From sequence record PQ015379.1: a DNA stretch of 64,000 bases; one strand, 5' to 3'. Below the pieces are notes generated by a model. It was not told the origin of the DNA and made no database searches. It was given only the letters and a program-made list of their open reading frames with translations. Shown in pieces: positions 62,728 through 64,000 of the stretch (the stretch's first letter is position 1; every line of letters begins with the position of its first letter). A program made the translations under genes and the position numbers.

Positions 62728-63830
62728 TAAGCAAGCTCCTTGTGTGCGGTCAGCACGCCACCGATGTAATGCACAAAGCGCATGAACGCTTCCTGATAAA
62801 CACCGAGGTATTGAGCCAAGGTTTTCAGGAACGTCTGGTGTGGCACGCGGTTCTGGTAGTCTTGGTGATCCACACCACGACCCAGCTTGTTATTGCGTTT
62901 GAGGAAACGGGTGAAACCTTCGTCGATTTGCCCGCTCAGAATTTCCAGAATCTTGCGCTTGCGGCCTTTGAACTTGGTCATCAAGCGGCCCAGCATGATC
63001 GCAGAATCAACACACGGCGCGTGATCCTCATGCTTGTTCATCAGGGTATCATATTCCGATTCCCCTTCCGCGTTGACGCCCATCTGGCTTTCGGAACGGC
63101 AGACCAAATCCCAGTCGTTACCACCGAAGCCATCGGCCTTGCCCTTGACCATGCGACCGCGTTTCGCCGTCGTGTGTTTGTCGATCATATTGTTCGCTTC
63201 GTTCGTTGCCGACCGGCGAATATAATTGACGATGTAGGCCTCGGGTTGTTTGGTCGGAATCAGCGAGTGGTATGCACGCAGAACCTTGATGGTCAGGTCG
63301 CTGGTGTAATCCTGTGCGCTGTTGTTTTCGGCCTTGACCGCGAACGTCAGTTTCTTGCGTACGCGGCTGCGAATGTGACGCATGGCCTTAGCCAGATAGC
63401 CTTCAAATGCTTTCTTGTCCCGCCGCATGGCGACGTGGGTTACGTCCTGCACCACGATACCACGCCCAAGGGCGTTCGCCTTGACCTGTGCCTTGAAGTT
63501 GCGCCGGGAAAAATATTGGCGGAACAGGGCAATGTCAGACGCCGTGAGATAGGCCTGAAGTTTGTTGTAACTGTCTGCGTTGTTGGGGACAAGCGAGAGG
63601 AAAAGTGCGGCATATTTCACGTTTACCGTGAGATAGCTTTTTTCCAGAAGGCCGAGTCGCAATTCTTTACCGCTCAACCCGGTAGGGGTCAAGTCGATAT
63701 CCTTGACGTTGCGCTGGAAATCGAATGCAGTATTCACACCAGACAAACAAAGGATACATTCCTCGATCAAGCGTTTCCCGTCGTGGGATTGAGGATCGAT
63801 TCCGAGTTTCGAAATGTGTTTGCCCAGCAT
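62727..63830 (-). CDS. Divergent sigma-factor-like protein
   Basis: AQDYTSDLTIKVLRAY...EAYIVNYIRRSATNEANNMID resembles sigma region 2; LMTKFKGRKRKILEIL resembles the start of region 4. Confidence 0.55.
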   Translation of the reverse strand: MLGKHISKLGIDPQSHDGKRLIEECILCLSGVNTAFDFQRNVKDIDLTPTGLSGKELRLGLLEKSYLTVNVKYAALFLSLVPNNADSYNKLQAYLTASDIALFRQYFSRRNFKAQVKANALGRGIVVQDVTHVAMRRDKKAFEGYLAKAMRHIRSRVRKKLTFAVKAENNSAQDYTSDLTIKVLRAYHSLIPTKQPEAYIVNYIRRSATNEANNMIDKHTTAKRGRMVKGKADGFGGNDWDLVCRSESQMGVNAEGESEYDTLMNKHEDHAPCVDSAIMLGRLMTKFKGRKRKILEILSGQIDEGFTRFLKRNNKLGRGVDHQDYQNRVPHQTFLKTLAQYLGVYQEAFMRFVHYIGGVLTAHKELA

Positions 63831-64000
63831 TATTCTGCCCCCTCACGAACGTTACGAACTTTGACCGCCGAACCGCGTTTCTTTTTCGGTGCGGATTCTT
63901 CCTCTTCATCGCTGCCACGATCACGCTTAACGTCACGCTCCACAAAGTTGGAAGCCTTGTTGTCAACGTCGTAACCGGCTGCTGCATCCTCGACCAGCGA
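63830..64000 (-). CDS. C-terminal end of an upstream gene (partial)
   Basis: SLVEDAAAGYDV...EEEESAPKKKRGSAVKVRNVREGAE*; TAATG overlap with the sigma-like gene. Confidence 0.7.
   Translation of the reverse strand, partial: SLVEDAAAGYDVDNKASNFVERDVKRDRGSDEEEESAPKKKRGSAVKVRNVREGAE

Noticed and set aside
1-64000. tRNA, rRNA, integrase, transposase or CRISPR features
   Set aside because: No cloverleaf or T-loop signatures in the few intergenic gaps and no matching protein motifs. The tyrosine-nucleophile enzyme fits topo IB better than an integrase.

Overview
A 64-kb segment of a large (jumbo-type) myovirus genome, mostly on the minus strand. Left (1-27.2 kb, minus): a virion module with paralogous structural proteins, a discoidin/Gly-rich fibre, four collagen-like fibres, a PA14/Calx-beta adhesin, an Ig-repeat array, baseplate wedge genes (gpI-like, gp6/J-like, gp25) and PAAR. 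Middle (27.3-34.6 kb, plus): thyA, folA and small hypothetical genes, ending in a sigma70-type promoter and a run of small genes each followed by a terminator. Right (34.6-64 kb, minus): small basic proteins, a cluster of 12 proteins sharing an N-terminal leader M-E-[LM]-x-[LI]-A-[LIV]-A (three GNATs, an ART-like protein, a type IB topoisomerase, two large paralogues), then tmk, an MmcB-like nuclease, a SprT-like protease, the gp5/VgrG-like spike, portal, a KTSC protein, an intein-containing terminase large subunit, DnaB and a divergent sigma factor. Gene content recalls the Lu11/PaBG/RSL1/Y3 type of jumbo myoviruses (inference from memory, not checked by search). Top leads: (1) the shared leader, a candidate capsid-targeting/processing tag on a cargo of enzymes; (2) a candidate ~200-nt structured ncRNA directly downstream of the portal gene; (3) a frameshift joining a baseplate wedge domain to an ~870-aa Ig array; (4) a recurrent TAATTT...GTAT motif that may be the late promoter. 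All domain calls come from motif reading by eye; no searches were run. Many start sites were moved from the ORF track using SD sequences or stop/start overlaps.
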